Assembly (NCBI RefSeq): GCF_033153115.1
Contig: NW_026889761.1
Location: 24,056,001 to 24,120,000 of the forward strand
Source: Saccostrea echinata
Taxonomy: Eukaryota
Length of the DNA stretch: 64,000 nt
Direction: 5' to 3'
The notes beneath the pieces were generated by a model, which was given only the letters and a program-made list of their open reading frames with translations, was not told the origin of the DNA and did no database searches. Positions 50,756-64,000 of the stretch are shown piece after piece. Numbering within the stretch: the first letter of the stretch is position 1; every line of letters starts with the position of its first letter. Made by a program: the position numbers and the translations under genes.

Positions 50756-53700
50756 TATTCTCAAGTAACTGCCAATTTTTTATGTATTTCTCAAATATAT
50801 TTCATCTCGTTTTTTAGTATTACAATTTCACAGATTTAACATGACAGTTTTAAACAGCAGCTTACAAGTGTTTGCATTTTTACAAAAGCAGTAGATGCTA
50901 ACCACAGAAATGAAAATTCTTGTTAACTTTAAGTCATGTTCAATTTGATGAAGCCGAAAATGTGTTAATTCTACAATTCATAATACAGGTATCTTGTCTA
51001 AGGGAAATAACTTCAGAATTCTAAAGATTCTCTTCAACAAATTTTCAGTCAGTAACCCTTATCATCTGTGAATGTACACACATGAAATATGCTCTGGTGA
51101 CTCAAGTGTAGGGCCAAACCATTACACCCCACCCAACACCCATCCCCTCTCCTCAATTACAGGAAGATATGAAGCTCAATTAATGGACTTTTCTCAAGCT
51201 TGAGATGCTTAGCAAACGCTTATGCAGCGTCCAATTGTCACAACAAATAAAAAAAAATGCAGGGATTTTTGATTTTTGAAGATCTTGATCTTTCTTGTGA
51301 CCTTGACCTCAATTCAAATAAAAATCAGATCATTCTTTGATTCATTTCCATCTTTAATGAAGCAATAAAGCATGCGACACATGCGTTCCTTGAAACATTC
51401 CTAATTTTTTTTTATATATAGGAGGCATCTAACGAACTCATTTCCAACTTAGCTTTGGGGTGAACCTATAAAACTGCTACTCACGCTAATCACCGATATT
51501 CCCCTAATAGTGAATCGAGGCAATTGATGTAGAGGCTTTGAGAGCCGGACATGGTGGATCCAAAAGAAAATAAACCTTTTTCAAAGATTTTCTTTGGGTG
51601 TTCGTAAGGCATTCATCCCTTTACTGTGATCCATTAATTTGTTGCAATGAATTCATTAATGTAATGTAATGTTAGGCCATTATTTATATACTGAATTGTC
51701 GACGGATTTTTCCGTTATTTCCCGATCATAACAAGGAGCACACGGCGGGTCCCACCTGTGATGTCCTAGAGGTCCGCGTTTGCCCTGCTCCTATTTTGTA
51801 ATGTTTAATGGACTTTTGAGCTCGAATACTGTTCGTTATCTCTACATATTTCATTCTTTTCTTTATTGAATGTGGAACTTATTTCAACTTTATTCAGAAT
51901 TAATTAATCATGAAAGATGCCGATTTTTTTTTTTAGCTAAGTCCAGAAAATTTCTGAATCTAAGCAGAATCCATAGTCTGAAAGTTCTGCTAAGACACCG
52001 CAAGTAACCCTCTACTCTACAAAACATGGCCTTTTTACATTCTTCCTACTACGCATTTAAAGGCATAATTTCCCATTAGTATATACATGTATACTATTCA
52101 TTTTTTCCAAATTATCTCTCCATTCCATCCATGCCCTGAAATCAACCCATGCATTCCACCTCGTATACATCTCCAGAATTTTTGAAGAAAAAATCTATTA
52201 ATTTGTAAACTGGCACTACTTGCATGGTCAATGAAATATGGCAAAATTATAGTAACCTGTGACTTTCTTTTGCTTTCTAATATCAAATTAAGGATACGAT
52301 GTTCTTATTTATTCGTTTATTTTATAATATATATTTTATTTTATATTCATTTTTATTGTAGTGCAAGTGGATATTGAAAAACACAGCATCCCCTTTTTTG
52401 AAGGTTGAAAGGCCTCTAATTGTTCTCTGAAGAATGACGTTAAAGTTTATATTTAATTTAAATCTGTACGAATTTAGGATCCTTTCCTCAATGCTCTTAA
52501 CATTATTTGCCTCGCACCACTCTCTTGGGTAATAGCAAGAGCACTTTGATTGCGTTCAGCCTAAGTCTACACCGGAGAAAATCCACAGAATTTGTATAAA
52601 TATGAAGGACATTTTAAAACAAGGGAAAATTTACCGATTTAAAATTTTTGTTAGTTTGGCCGAAACTTAAACCATGATTCAACACATTCAAGTTGCCATT
52701 TAAGATATTTATCACATGGTCTTCGATTTCTTTATAATAAAAATGTTCTGCCACATATAGTACTTCTGATGTCTAAATACTTTCTCAATAAATGAAATTG
52801 ATTTAATGTTTGCCAATCATTATTAAACAAAAAAAAAAAAAACAAAAACAAAACTAAACAAAAAAAACTTGCGTATATAAATGTCATTTTGGAAGCAGAC
52901 AACTCATGCAGATATTGCATTCGAGTATAGAAACTATAATTCGCCGATACAGTATTCAGACTTAAAAAATCATTTACTGATGGTTGAAGCAATTTACAGC
53001 TCCAACACATTTTCACCTTTCAATGAACAAACTTTCAAAAGGCATCAGTATATAGGAGGGGCGCGTTGACTGCGATCTTAATCCCCCCCCCCTCCTTTTT
53101 TAAATCTCAAAAATATTTTTGGAAACAAAATAAGTTAAATCTTCCATAGTTTTAAGTAATGCTGCCAGGTTTTGTTTACTTTATATTCGAAATAAAGCGA
53201 CCAGGAATGCTTCAGAACCTACCAAAATGGTAACTTTAAAAAAAAAATTCTAGCTTAGGGGAGAGAGTGCCCCCATTTTCAGGAACCTGATGACGGCCCG
53301 GTTTCAGCTACATGGCCGCTTTTAATCGTGTGCAAAGTCGAATTTACAGAGAGGAAAAAAAAATCATCAATACTAACTTCTAGACGTGATAATTAGGCAA
53401 AAAAAATAAGTACTAGCTTGTCTTTTCACCATAACGATTAGACTAGATTCAACTTGCACTTTCCACAACATTGATAAAGAGAATAGCAAGAAGTTTCTTT
53501 TCTTTAATTTCGTGCGAAATGATTTTGAATTTAACTTTCCAGTTGACAATGAAAAGCCAAATACATCCAAAAAACACAATCCTTATATTCTTATCACATG
53601 TTATCTACATAAAATACACAACAGAATACTATAAAATATAATAGTCAAAAAGTTCACGGTACAAACCGTTACCATCCGTAACCAGCCACTTCCGGTCCAT

Positions 53701-54674
53701 GTTTCCGGTAGATTTGTCCATGCTCCTCTTCTTCAGAATTACGTTACCTGATCATGATTATTCTGATGTAATAGACATGTACAGACACTTTAAATCCATA
53801 ATTTATAGAATATTAATAAACCTGGATCCAATTCAGTTAATATAGCAGTCCAGTCACGCTCTCAGAGATTGAAAGCTTTTCTTATTTTCTTTTCTCTCCT
53901 TACTTTGTGCATTAATATATTCCATCATTTGTCTGAATATTCTAGAACTACAGTTTTGAAGATACTGCAATTGGTAATTGGGAAAAAGCAAACTTAACAA
54001 AATTCTACAAAGCCATGGTTAGAATTTGTCTTTTTATTTTTTGTGGTTTGTAAATAACCACTATGTTTAGCACACATCATTCAGACACTTCCTTACATTA
54101 CATGCTAAACCTTCCTCTCCCACTTTCATAAAAACATTCAACATGGTAAAAAAAAAATTCTCCACATCATATAAAAATTTTGTGAACAAGATAAAAATGA
54201 GGATATTTACATGTGGAAAAACTCAACAATAGATTGTGGAATAATTCAATACAAACATTGTATAGTTTGGTACTCTTCTCAGAAATTAATGACATCTTAA
54301 ATTAATACATTAGGAACTTAAGAATATATACATATATTCAAAATACATGTATGATCAGGGAAAACTTTTCAAAAAATGTGGACAAAATTCTTAAATACTT
54401 GACTGTACATTCAAAATAGAATCTTCATAATTATCAATCTGCATATTTTAAGTTTTCTTTTTAAGTCAGCTATAGATCAAAATATATTTTAAACACAAAA
54501 CATCTTACTATTAATTAAACAGACTTCACAGAATAATTATATGTATTAATGAACTGCAATTGAACACTAGTATCCAGAATTCACACAATCACAAAGGAGA
54601 TCAGATGTAACATGTCTCGCACTTGCTGCATAATGAACCAAACAAAACTCAGAGACACCTAATTAACACTGACA

Positions 54675-57600
54675 TCACTCAATCTCCCCCTCCTCCAGAT
54701 CCCCCGCCACCTTTTCCTTTTTTTCTGTCACTGAGTCTGATTCAGGGGCTGAGGTCAATTCCTCACCATTTGGAACACTTTTACTTGTCACTTCTGGTCC
54801 GTTTATTTTCACACTTTTAGAGGCAGGTTCCACAGGTGCTACAGGTTCAACAGCTGCTACAGGTTCAACAGATGCTACAGGTTCAACAGGTGCTACAGGT
54901 TCTGGTTCACTGCTTTGCCCTGCACTATCTGTTTCCTTGGGGGGAGGAGGAACAGCAGCAGGAGGTAGACCTATCTCCTCTGCCGGACCTTTGTCAGTAT
55001 TTTCACTCTTGCCTCCAGGTGGAGGGATAACCACATTCTTCATCATCTCCTCCAGAGCACTTCCCCACCCCAGGGCTTCCTTTCTACTGTTTGATCTCTC
55101 CTCCTCAGTCCTTTGGTGCCATTCTCCTCGATCCTCTCTGTCACGGTCTCGGCCTCGATCCCTGAATCCATCATCTCTACTTCTATAACCATCATCTCTA
55201 TCTCTGTAACTGTCACCTCTATCTCTATTCCTCCTATCTCGGTCTCTATCATAGTCTCTATCTCTGCCACCTCTATCATCACGATTTCTGTCTCGACGAT
55301 CAAAATCTCGACGTCCTCCTCGGCCACCAAAATCTCGTCCCCTGCCTCGACCTCTTCCTCCCCTCCAGTCGTCCCTTCTGTAGTCTCTATAGTCACCGCC
55401 ATCTCGATCATCATCCCTGTCATCTCTCCAACGATCTCCAGAATTCCTGCGTTTATGATCACTATCTTGGTCATCAATAGGTTTGTCCATTTCATTTCCT
55501 TCTTCACCTCCTGGACCTTCAAATGGGGGCCTCATCATATCCCCTGGAGGTCCCCTAAATCCAGGCCTCATGAACTGTCCAGGAAATCTTTGGAATGGTC
55601 TATTTCCTCTGAACCCTGGTGGACCACCTGGACCTCCAAATCCACCCCTCTGTGGCCCTCCCATCATGTTGGGGGAATTAAATCTATTCTGTCCTTCTGG
55701 AGGGCCTCGAGGCCCCATGTTTGGCCCTCCTGCGTCCATAAGTGGTCGGGGTCCCCTCATTCCACCAGGGGGACCCATTCCTCCCCCCATTGGTGGTCTC
55801 ATCTGCCCAATCATTCCAATTCCTGGTCCCACTGGGGGACCACCCTGACTGCTAAAAGGATCAGGGGGAGTAGCATCGCTAAATCTTGATTTCTTTCCAG
55901 GTTTCGTTTCGGGCTCTTCTAAATCCATACTTTCACCTGCATTAAAGTCAGACTTCTGCTGCCAATCTTGTCCTAGCATGGGGGGTTTATCTTTGGGTTC
56001 CTGACCTGCATCAAATGGGGGTCGGTTTGACCCTGGCATTGCAGGCTTCATTGGATCAAAGTTTGGCTGAGGAGGTCTTAGAAATCCCTGAGGCGGCAAA
56101 GGAAACCTTTGAAATGTAGCTGCTGGAGGTAATCCTGGACGTTGTACAGCAAGCATTGGCTGGGTTCCCATGGTAGGCATATTCTGTGTAAATGGTATAC
56201 CAGTGGTAACTACTGATGCAGGCTGTCGCACCTACAATGTTGTACATAAAGATGTTCAATATTTCAAAAAGAGAGGAAAAATACATGTACAATGTCTATG
56301 CATTTTCAATCATAAAATATTTTCAACTGTTGTTCATTATTTTATTACACTTGTCTGGAAGCTTATGCAGTTTGCAATTAAAACTCAATTGGTATTGGTA
56401 ATTCTTATACAATAACTCTATATTTGTTCAGTGTTATACTAACAACTTGGGGCATTCCTCCAGGCGGCATTCCAGCAGGAAGAGGAATCATTCCAGCTTG
56501 ACCTGGGAGTGGGGGAATTCCTGTGCTCACTGACATAGGGGCTGATGGGACAGCAGGGGGCATTCCAGAGATCTGGGGTGGTGGCATACCTCCCTGCATA
56601 ACCATTTGTGGCATCATATTCATCCTCGGCAGCATTCCCTGTGGCATAACTCCTGTAAGATCAGAGGAAATTTTAGGTTCAGTGTCTTTATAAGCTGCAT
56701 ACAATAAAAGAACAAAGCTAAGCAATTCCCAGAATTTGCATATTTATCTAAAAAAAAAATAATCAATGGTTTTCTTTTTTTAAACAAAATAACACAAACT
56801 GTTAAGTTTTTATTATGAACACCAAAACAACTTATTTCTTGTATGAATATGAAATTCCATTGATGTCCCTTTTCCATTTTCTCCAAAATTAATTCCTTTT
56901 CTTATTTATTTAATATATTTTCCCTTTCATCAAACAGGAAATATCATTAAGTGTAGAATTATCTTTTTATCCTTACCTGCAGAAGGCATAGGGGGTGGCA
57001 TGGTTCCTGGTGGTGGTCCTCCTGGGGGCATGTTGACAGGCTGTAGGGGTGGGGCCTGGGTGGGGGGCATCTGGCTGTTCATCAGTGGTTGTTGCTGCTG
57101 TGGGGGCTCCTCCACTGCATCAGGCTTCTCCCTTCCTAAGGTCATTCCTGTAATCACATTATCATCAGTCAAATAAATTGAATAACCTTGTAAACAAAAA
57201 CAAAAAAAATAAGATAGTACGGCCAAATTGCAAAGTATCCATAATTACATAACATACCCTTCAGATTCTCTGGCAGAGAATCCTCATCAATGATTCCTCC
57301 CTCAATCAGACCAGACAGATCCTCCGGAAGGTCACTCCAGGGAATGTAGGTAGCCCCCACCTCCACATCCCATTTATCCTTGAACATTGATTCCTTCACC
57401 CCTATCCCCGGTGCCCAGGCAACCTAGCAAAGATACAAACATTAATCACAAAAAATCACAAAAAAATAAATCATCAATCAATACTGTATCTCAGACTCAG
57501 TCTAAAACAACCTACCCTTAATTCACTCCCATTCAATAGCAGTCCTTTCATTCTATCCACCGCTTTTGATGCTTCCTTGCGGCGAGTCATACAAACAAAT

Positions 57601-60600
57601 GCACACCCTCTTGGTGGAATCATCTAGATGAAAAAGAATTGATATTAAATTAGATGCACATACATGTACTATACTTTTACATGTCATTTCAGAAAAGCTT
57701 CCAGAGTAAACATTTATCATGTCCACAGTTTTGCTGGTGCTAGTCTTTTTCTGTAATAATCTCTCTGTATAATTCTTGTCATAAATATCTAATTGGATAC
57801 TTTTCTTAAATATTTAATGTCTAGGGATGGATTCAAAAAACAGAATTGTCAATCAGATAATCATAAGATGTTTAGACCACTGAACCATTTAATCATATCA
57901 CAATGCTCTATTAGACTTTTTTTCAAGTGAGCTCTATTCATATACACAAGAAGACAAAAAAGATGCTATATATTCCGTTCATGATTAATCAGAAAAATTG
58001 AAATATTTTATTTCAATTTCAATAGACAAGAAAAAAAATACTAAACTATAAAGCATGTCTAAGAAATCGGAGACATTAATAATTTTCAAACCAATGACAA
58101 ATAGTTTATGTCACTCAAGTTTATTCTACATTGTCAACATGATCGGAACTAAATCTGAACATCATACAATGTTTGTTTAATATTAATATGATTTGATATG
58201 CAACTGCAAAGGATGGACAGGGTGGTGTACACATAATAATTTTATTTGTATACACTAACAAATGATGATTTAATTAAAACCATTTACAAAATGCCGGGTA
58301 ATGAGTAATGACATGGAATTTAAAAACTCATGAACTGATCAATTACATGATCCAAGAGCCTAAATGCCTCTAAATTTAGATATGTGAAAGTGCAAAGTTT
58401 TCAACATTCAGAGTTGTCCCCCCCCCCCCAAATTGAATTTTAATGCTTTGCTTTTACATATATTTAATTTTTTCAACAAGCCAATTACAGATTTTCCAAC
58501 TATTTACCACTGTTTTGGCCAATTAACCGGTTACAAACTGCCATCCCTATAAAATATCTTATCAGAAACTTACATTTATAGAATCCACACTCCCAAATTT
58601 TTCAAGTTCTGTCCGTAGTTCATCCTCTGATGTTGTCTTGGATATCTTTCCAATAAATAAAGTTGTTGAGCAAACTGCAAAATCAATTGATGGTGTGATT
58701 ATTTCATGAACTATTATTCCAATCATTATTAATTATATGTAATAAAGATGACTGAAGAATCAGACATACTCGACAAACACTGATCCTTCATTTGTGGTAG
58801 GCCTTTCTTTCTTCTCTCCCTTTCTTTTTCTCGTTGCCTGTCTCTTTCTCTATCTCTGGATCTATTTAGAAAAGAACATCTTTATCATCCACATTTTATA
58901 TCAATATCATGAATTCTTTTCAATTTAAAAAAAAAACATGCTTGTAAAATATTTGGATAAGTATATACCTGGATCTCCTATGTCTTTCTCTTGACCTTGA
59001 CCTCCTTCTGCGATCTCTTGACCTTGACCTGGATCTTCTTCTTTTCTTTGGCGTCCTACAGTAAAATTGAATTTAATTGATCAAAGTTTACTGAATTACC
59101 ATAAATATTAGTTCAAACATGTTTTTCTGGATTAATTACCAATATAGTATTATATTGACCTTGACCTAGATCTTTCATGTCTTGACCTCCTGTGTCTCCT
59201 GTCCTCCCTGTCTCTGTCCCTGCGATCCCTCTGATCCTCCTCCTCTTCTGGTGGGGGACCAGGAGGGAGATGGGGCCTTTCATCAATGTCCTGTGGGGGA
59301 AAGATTTGCTGAGGTTGTTCAGCAGGCACAATATGACCATACCCTTGGGGCATCTGATGTCCCATTTGATGATGTAGAGGATCATGTTGCATGTGCATTT
59401 GAGGAGGCATACCTCCCATCTGCAATGAGATAATGTTGAGTTCAATAATATTTAGATGGAAAAGCAAACTAGAACTTTTTATTACAATTCATTACAGAAC
59501 AAATATGTTCATAAAGTTCAGTATATTTATTGCACTAATCATTATTATTATTAAAATGGTACTTTATACAGATATGCATGGGTGGCAACTTCTATCATTA
59601 ATCAAGAGTTATCACTGTTGGAGAATTGAAACATACATGTCCAATTTGCTGATCAAACTCTGCTTGTTGCTGCTGAAGTATTTTCTGCCTGTTCAGTTCC
59701 TCGTTTTTCTGGATTGTCTGGGACAGTTGCTGGATTTGCTGCATCATGTGTGTCTCATTCAGCATATTGTGTGAAGGTTGGCTGGAAGCATAAAATGAAA
59801 TTAAAATGCGTTCTGTCCTGGCTAAAGGGTCAATTTTTTACCATTCATTTTAAACAAGTTTTGCCTTTTAAAAAATGTGTTCTATAAATTGAAAACTCAC
59901 TACAGTTGACAATTGCAAGTTACTCCAAACCTTTTCCTTTTTTTACAGTGATTTTTTTTGGGTCAAAATGCCACCGATATTCGGCTGTTTCCCCTCACAA
60001 AAAATAGCTATTTTTTCCCAATTAGTAGTATATTTTTCCCAATTTCAAACGAACAGAAATTATATTTAAATTTAGAACAAAAGTCGCTAAATTTGCTGAC
60101 AGAGTAAATACGTTTTTATTCCTTAATTTTAATCTCCATATCCATGCATTATAATGCAGCCGATTTTTTTAATGAATGTGCAAAACAATGCAGATATTTA
60201 TAGAAGCAGATAAGTAGCATATAATATCCTAAATGAATTGGTAAATAGTTCCCAGATACAAGTCATGTTGCATATTGACATTGACCGCCATTATTACATA
60301 GAGGGTCAGGCTAATAACAGGAAATGGACAAAACATAGGGTTTCGCTAAAATCAGGAAAAAACAAACAGTGAAGACTGAAAACTTGATTATCAATATAAG
60401 ACAGTTTACTAGATTACGAGTCTAAATGCTGGTTTGGTTTTTTTAAAATGAAATTATATAAAGCAATTCCAAGAAAATAGAAGCTACAAGGTGTGACTAA
60501 TATAAACCATGTTCACATTCAATAAAATATTGATGTTAATTTTTTTAATGATTATTTTAATATGAATTTAAATCAAATTCAAAGTTAAAATCAAACAAAA

Positions 60601-62931
60601 ACTGTTGTTACTTAGTTTGATTATTTTATGTATTTTTTAGCATTCTAATTTACTATAAATGATTTTTCCCAATTTGAGGAAAATGTCGCTAATTTTTCCC
60701 AATTCAAAAGGAGGGGGTGGTGGTTCAAAAAACAAAAAAAATCACTGTTTTAAGTTGAAAAAATTTTTATGACCTACCTGTGTTGACCTGCATCTTCTTC
60801 ATCGCTCTCTCCATAATCAAAGTCCAAAAGTTTCTATACAGAGAATAAAGATTGATGAGTCAATTACAAGTTTGGGGTTTTTTTTTAGTCAGTGCAATTT
60901 TTTTTCAAGAGCTAATAATGAGTGACTCTTACGGGAAACCTTCAAGGCATGGCTGAACACAATATTTACTTTATAGTTGGGAAGTTAACATCTATAACAA
61001 CTTGACAAGCATGAACTAAATTTAACTCGGGAGTACACTGAACTTTAACTTTTTGCTATATTCTTTACCCTGTTGAACCCTGGTTCTGGGGGTTTATCTC
61101 CAGACTTGAGAAGCTGGTTGGTGAGGGTCTGGATATGAGACAGTAGGTTGCTATCTATAACAGGAGTCCCCTGACTGGGTTGCTGCATCAGCTGAGTGTG
61201 TTGTATCAACTGCTGCTGTAAGAGTTGCAGCTGCTGCAACTGTTGTTGCTGGGCAGAAAGGCTTGTTGAACCCTGTGAATAAAATTTAAAAGTTGAAAAA
61301 GATAGCAAGACTAAATGTATGGTCTGATTTTTACTGAAAAATAGAGTCCATAAAGTGATTTTGCCCCCCCCCCCCCCCTCTTAAAAAAAAAAGACTGGAT
61401 GAGGGAGAAATTGACATTTTTGAAATTGAATTGCTGTGATTTACAAAACAAAATGCTTCACCTGTGATGTCTGTTGTAGTAGCTGGGTGACAGTGTTTAA
61501 CATTTCTGTCTGAGCTGCCAATGAATTCTCAGGATTCTCCTCCACCTCCTCGGGAGGAAGTGAGGTATTCATTGATGTGTCCTGCCCTCCCTCTGCATGA
61601 TGAGGCTTTGCTCCTGTGGCCATCACATTGTCTACTGCTCTCTGGGCTACAAAACAAATTACTTATGAACACAATTTATCATCAAATCTACATTGCAATT
61701 TCTAATTTTAAAGCTTGAAATTTGTACAGGACAAACTTTTTATTTTCAGGGGTAGCAATTTTTACTTAAATCTTAATTTGCATAATAACAAACAAGACAC
61801 CTACCAGCTACAGCAAACTGCTGGTTGTTTGGATCTGCTGCCATATCAAGTAAAGGCTGGATGACTTCACTCATGAACACACCATTCTTCTGCCAGAGAT
61901 TGAGGACTCTCACAACTTTACTCTATGTTAAATAAAGAATTACTTCATAATAAAACTGAGTAAAAAAGATTCATGACAAAGCTCTTCTTCTCCCAAGAAG
62001 TGGGAAAACCTTCAATTTTTGTGAAAAATAAAAAAAAAGTCAGTTCATCATTTAACATTTTAGCTTTCGGCTGATTATTTTTTATAATATAAAATCATTT
62101 GATATAATTACCCGTTCCTCTGGTGGACATTTAAACAGATTCTGAAAAGTTGCCACAATATTTTTGGTAAACCTTGGAGCAAATACATCTTTTTCTTGGC
62201 CAAACTGATGTCTTGACTGTCTAACAATTGAATCAATCACATACAGCCCTGGTACTTTGTATTCTGGTTTACACTGAAATGAACATATAACAATGAAACC
62301 AAGACTCTTTCTACTGCATGCTGTTTACAATGCACTTTCACTTTGATTTACAAAACATAATTGTGTTCATACCAAATTAAATTGCACATTGAAATACCTT
62401 AAGTATAAATTTTTCGACACTCTGCACCACATGCTTGTAGAATTTAATGGCTTTTATTGCACATTTGGTAACATTGGCCATCTTTGCTCGAGATATTGGT
62501 GGCCTCGTCTCGTACAATGAGGACAACTGCAAAATATAAATGACATTTAAATGACATGAAATATATACATGACAATAATATCGAAGCTTTTAAAAGTTTA
62601 TTATTTTATTGTTCCAAAATTACCACTTGCCTTTTGATTGAAATTAAGAAGTAAAAACTGCATCGTGCCCTTTTCATCGATTACATAGATTGAGCAAGAC
62701 TCCGTAAAAAGGCAATTTATCATACAAAAAGGAGTATTTACTTTTATAAAATATGCAGAAAAAAGGTGTATGGATGAAGAGTAAACAAGGTTTTTAACTT
62801 AAGAGCCAAGGTTCACGTCTACCGGCGTGCTACTCAAGAAGAACGGCAACTCAATAATCGAAAAGTAAATTATTAGTTGAAAACTCTACATGTAAACAAA
62901 CCTCATTGTTGAACGCTCTTACGGCCTCCAT
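54675..62931 (-). CDS. SCAF8: SR-related and CTD-associated factor 8/4 homolog (CID + RS + RRM + Pro/Gly/Arg-Asp-rich tail)
   Basis: Exons 62902-62931, 62398-62526, 62112-62273, 61805-61922, 61462-61646, 61069-61272, 60778-60833, 59637-59781, 59160-59419, 58969-59055, 58770-58861, 58574-58674, 57516-57623, 57258-57423, 56977-57147/57186, 56444-56652/56694, 54675-56231. N-terminal CID MEAVRAFNNEL..KAIKFYKHVVQSVEKFI..CKPEYKVPGLYVIDSIVRQSRHQFGQEKDVFAPRF; RRM CSTTLFIG..INMIPPRGCAFVCM; downstream WDVEVGATYIPW. Probably co-ortholog of vertebrate SCAF4/SCAF8. Confidence 0.93.
57822..58549. mobile_element. Decayed relative of the TAGGGATGG hAT MITE in a SCAF intron
   Basis: TAGGGATGG at 57822 and AATTAACCGGTTACAAACTGCCATCCCTA ending at 58549; no clean TSD. 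Confidence 0.55.
59946..60747. mobile_element. TIR element in a SCAF intron
   Basis: CAGTGATTTTTTTT..AAAAAAATCACTG; internal repeated TTTTTCCCAATT; TTTTA on both flanks. Confidence 0.7.
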
Positions 62932-63032
62932 AATTATTGGAAATAGTTTCTGCTTTGGTTAAAGATCTGAAAACATTTTTGCAAGCAACTAGCAAAGGTG
63001 TTTTGTCACACCAAAGTGTGGCGTGCTATTTC

Positions 63033-63172
63033 CAAGATGGCGGTAAATCGCTGATGATTTCATGGAATGAATATCACGCGATGAATGATTGGTTGTTGTC
63101 ATTCCCATGGTCCAATGAAAAGATACGTTCTTCGGGATTCGGGAGAGACTTTCACAGCATGTTAACTTCCGG
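63033..63172. promoter_or_regulatory. SCAF promoter region: YY1-like, CCAAT and ETS motifs
   Basis: CpG-enriched; CAAGATGGCGG 63033-63043, ATTGG/CCAAT ~63088 and ~63112, ACTTCCGG 63165-63172, about 100-240 bp upstream of the ATG. Confidence 0.5.
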
Positions 63173-64000
63173 TTGGTAGTAAAAATTTTCTGTTCATGCA
63201 AAGATTGATTAAATTTATCTTTAGAGCAGAAAACATCACGTTGTCTGCACAATTTTACAGAAATTGAAATGAGCACACTGGTTTGTCTCAGGCGTAATGC
63301 ACAATTAGCTAACCGTAACGCGAGGAAGAGTGAAACCCTTTTGCTCTACAGGTCATGTGCTTTGTTTCAATATAAATGCACACACTTAAACGATGCTAAT
63401 TTCCCCAGACATACATACATTTTCAGAAGGTTAAAGAAATTAAACTTGAGAAATTAAACTTGAGAATACAATGTGCATTTTTGGCATCCATTTTATTATT
63501 TTAAAAAATTCACAAAGAAAATGAAGGTCATCTAGCTGTACATGTTATAATTAATTCAAGTATAAAGGAAGAACTGTTTTAGTAGTTGATAAGTTATTTC
63601 TACTGTGGGTTCAAGGATAAAGTTAAAAAAAAAAAGGATTTTTATAAAAGACAAGGCTCATTAATGCTCACACTGACCCTGACCCATTAGAGACAGCCTA
63701 GTCTGAAATATCTGACGTTTTCCTGGCTTTTTTACTATTTTTATATTTTACGTGCCAGGAAAATGTCAGAACTGGCGCCATTACGAAAACTGGAAATTTC
63801 GCTGTCTCCAATCAGAGTTGATTTTCGATACCTCGGAACCGAATTAAATTCCGTATTCACAACTTATCAATAGCATAATGCTTTTAGTACTCACCAATAT
63901 CGATGAAAAGAAAACATCACTCATTTCGATACAGGACTTGAAAGATTTTAAAATGCACGAAATGAAAACGAATTTCGACAGTAAGATAAAATGTTTTCAT

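Larger units (their letters stand above)
45933..51314. repeat. Tandem array of five ~1.06-1.07 kb units, each holding one U5 gene
   Basis: Unit marker (T/C)TGAAGATCTTGA..CCTTGACCTCAATT at ~45933, 47003, 48057, 49128, 50195 and 51274; the near-identical short ORFs in the ORF track recur with the same period. Confidence 0.95.

Noticed and set aside
54836-55889. Long antisense and alternate-frame ORFs
   Set aside because: Shadows of the low-complexity SCAF last exon.

Overview
Eukaryotic, AT-rich, intron-rich DNA. The repeat content (Helentron-type HINEs with 166-168 bp Cg170-like arrays, tRNA-derived SINE) suggests an oyster/bivalve; this is an inference. Three spliced protein genes can be assembled by hand: ATG5 (- strand, six coding exons 6675-11273, last exon not found and probably left of the window), WDCP/C2orf44 (+ strand, 16 coding exons 16321-43212, head-to-head with ATG5) and SCAF8/SCAF4-like (- strand, 17 coding exons 54675-62931). 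There are six U5 snRNA genes: one in sense orientation inside a WDCP intron and five in a ~1.07-kb tandem array with A/B higher-order structure. Introns and intergenic DNA are packed with non-autonomous elements, often nested, plus a 5'-truncated CR1/L2-type LINE and a 148-bp assembly gap. The most unusual observations are: a miniature LTR element whose LTRs carry a 5S rRNA internal promoter; a second one with tRNA-like LTRs; two independent WDCP splice donors amplified into minisatellites that create stop-containing decoy donors; long fold-back palindromes capped by ultra-stable GCGAAGC/GCGTAAGC loops; and a decayed Penelope-type hammerhead ribozyme. All calls come from manual reading; no database search was run.
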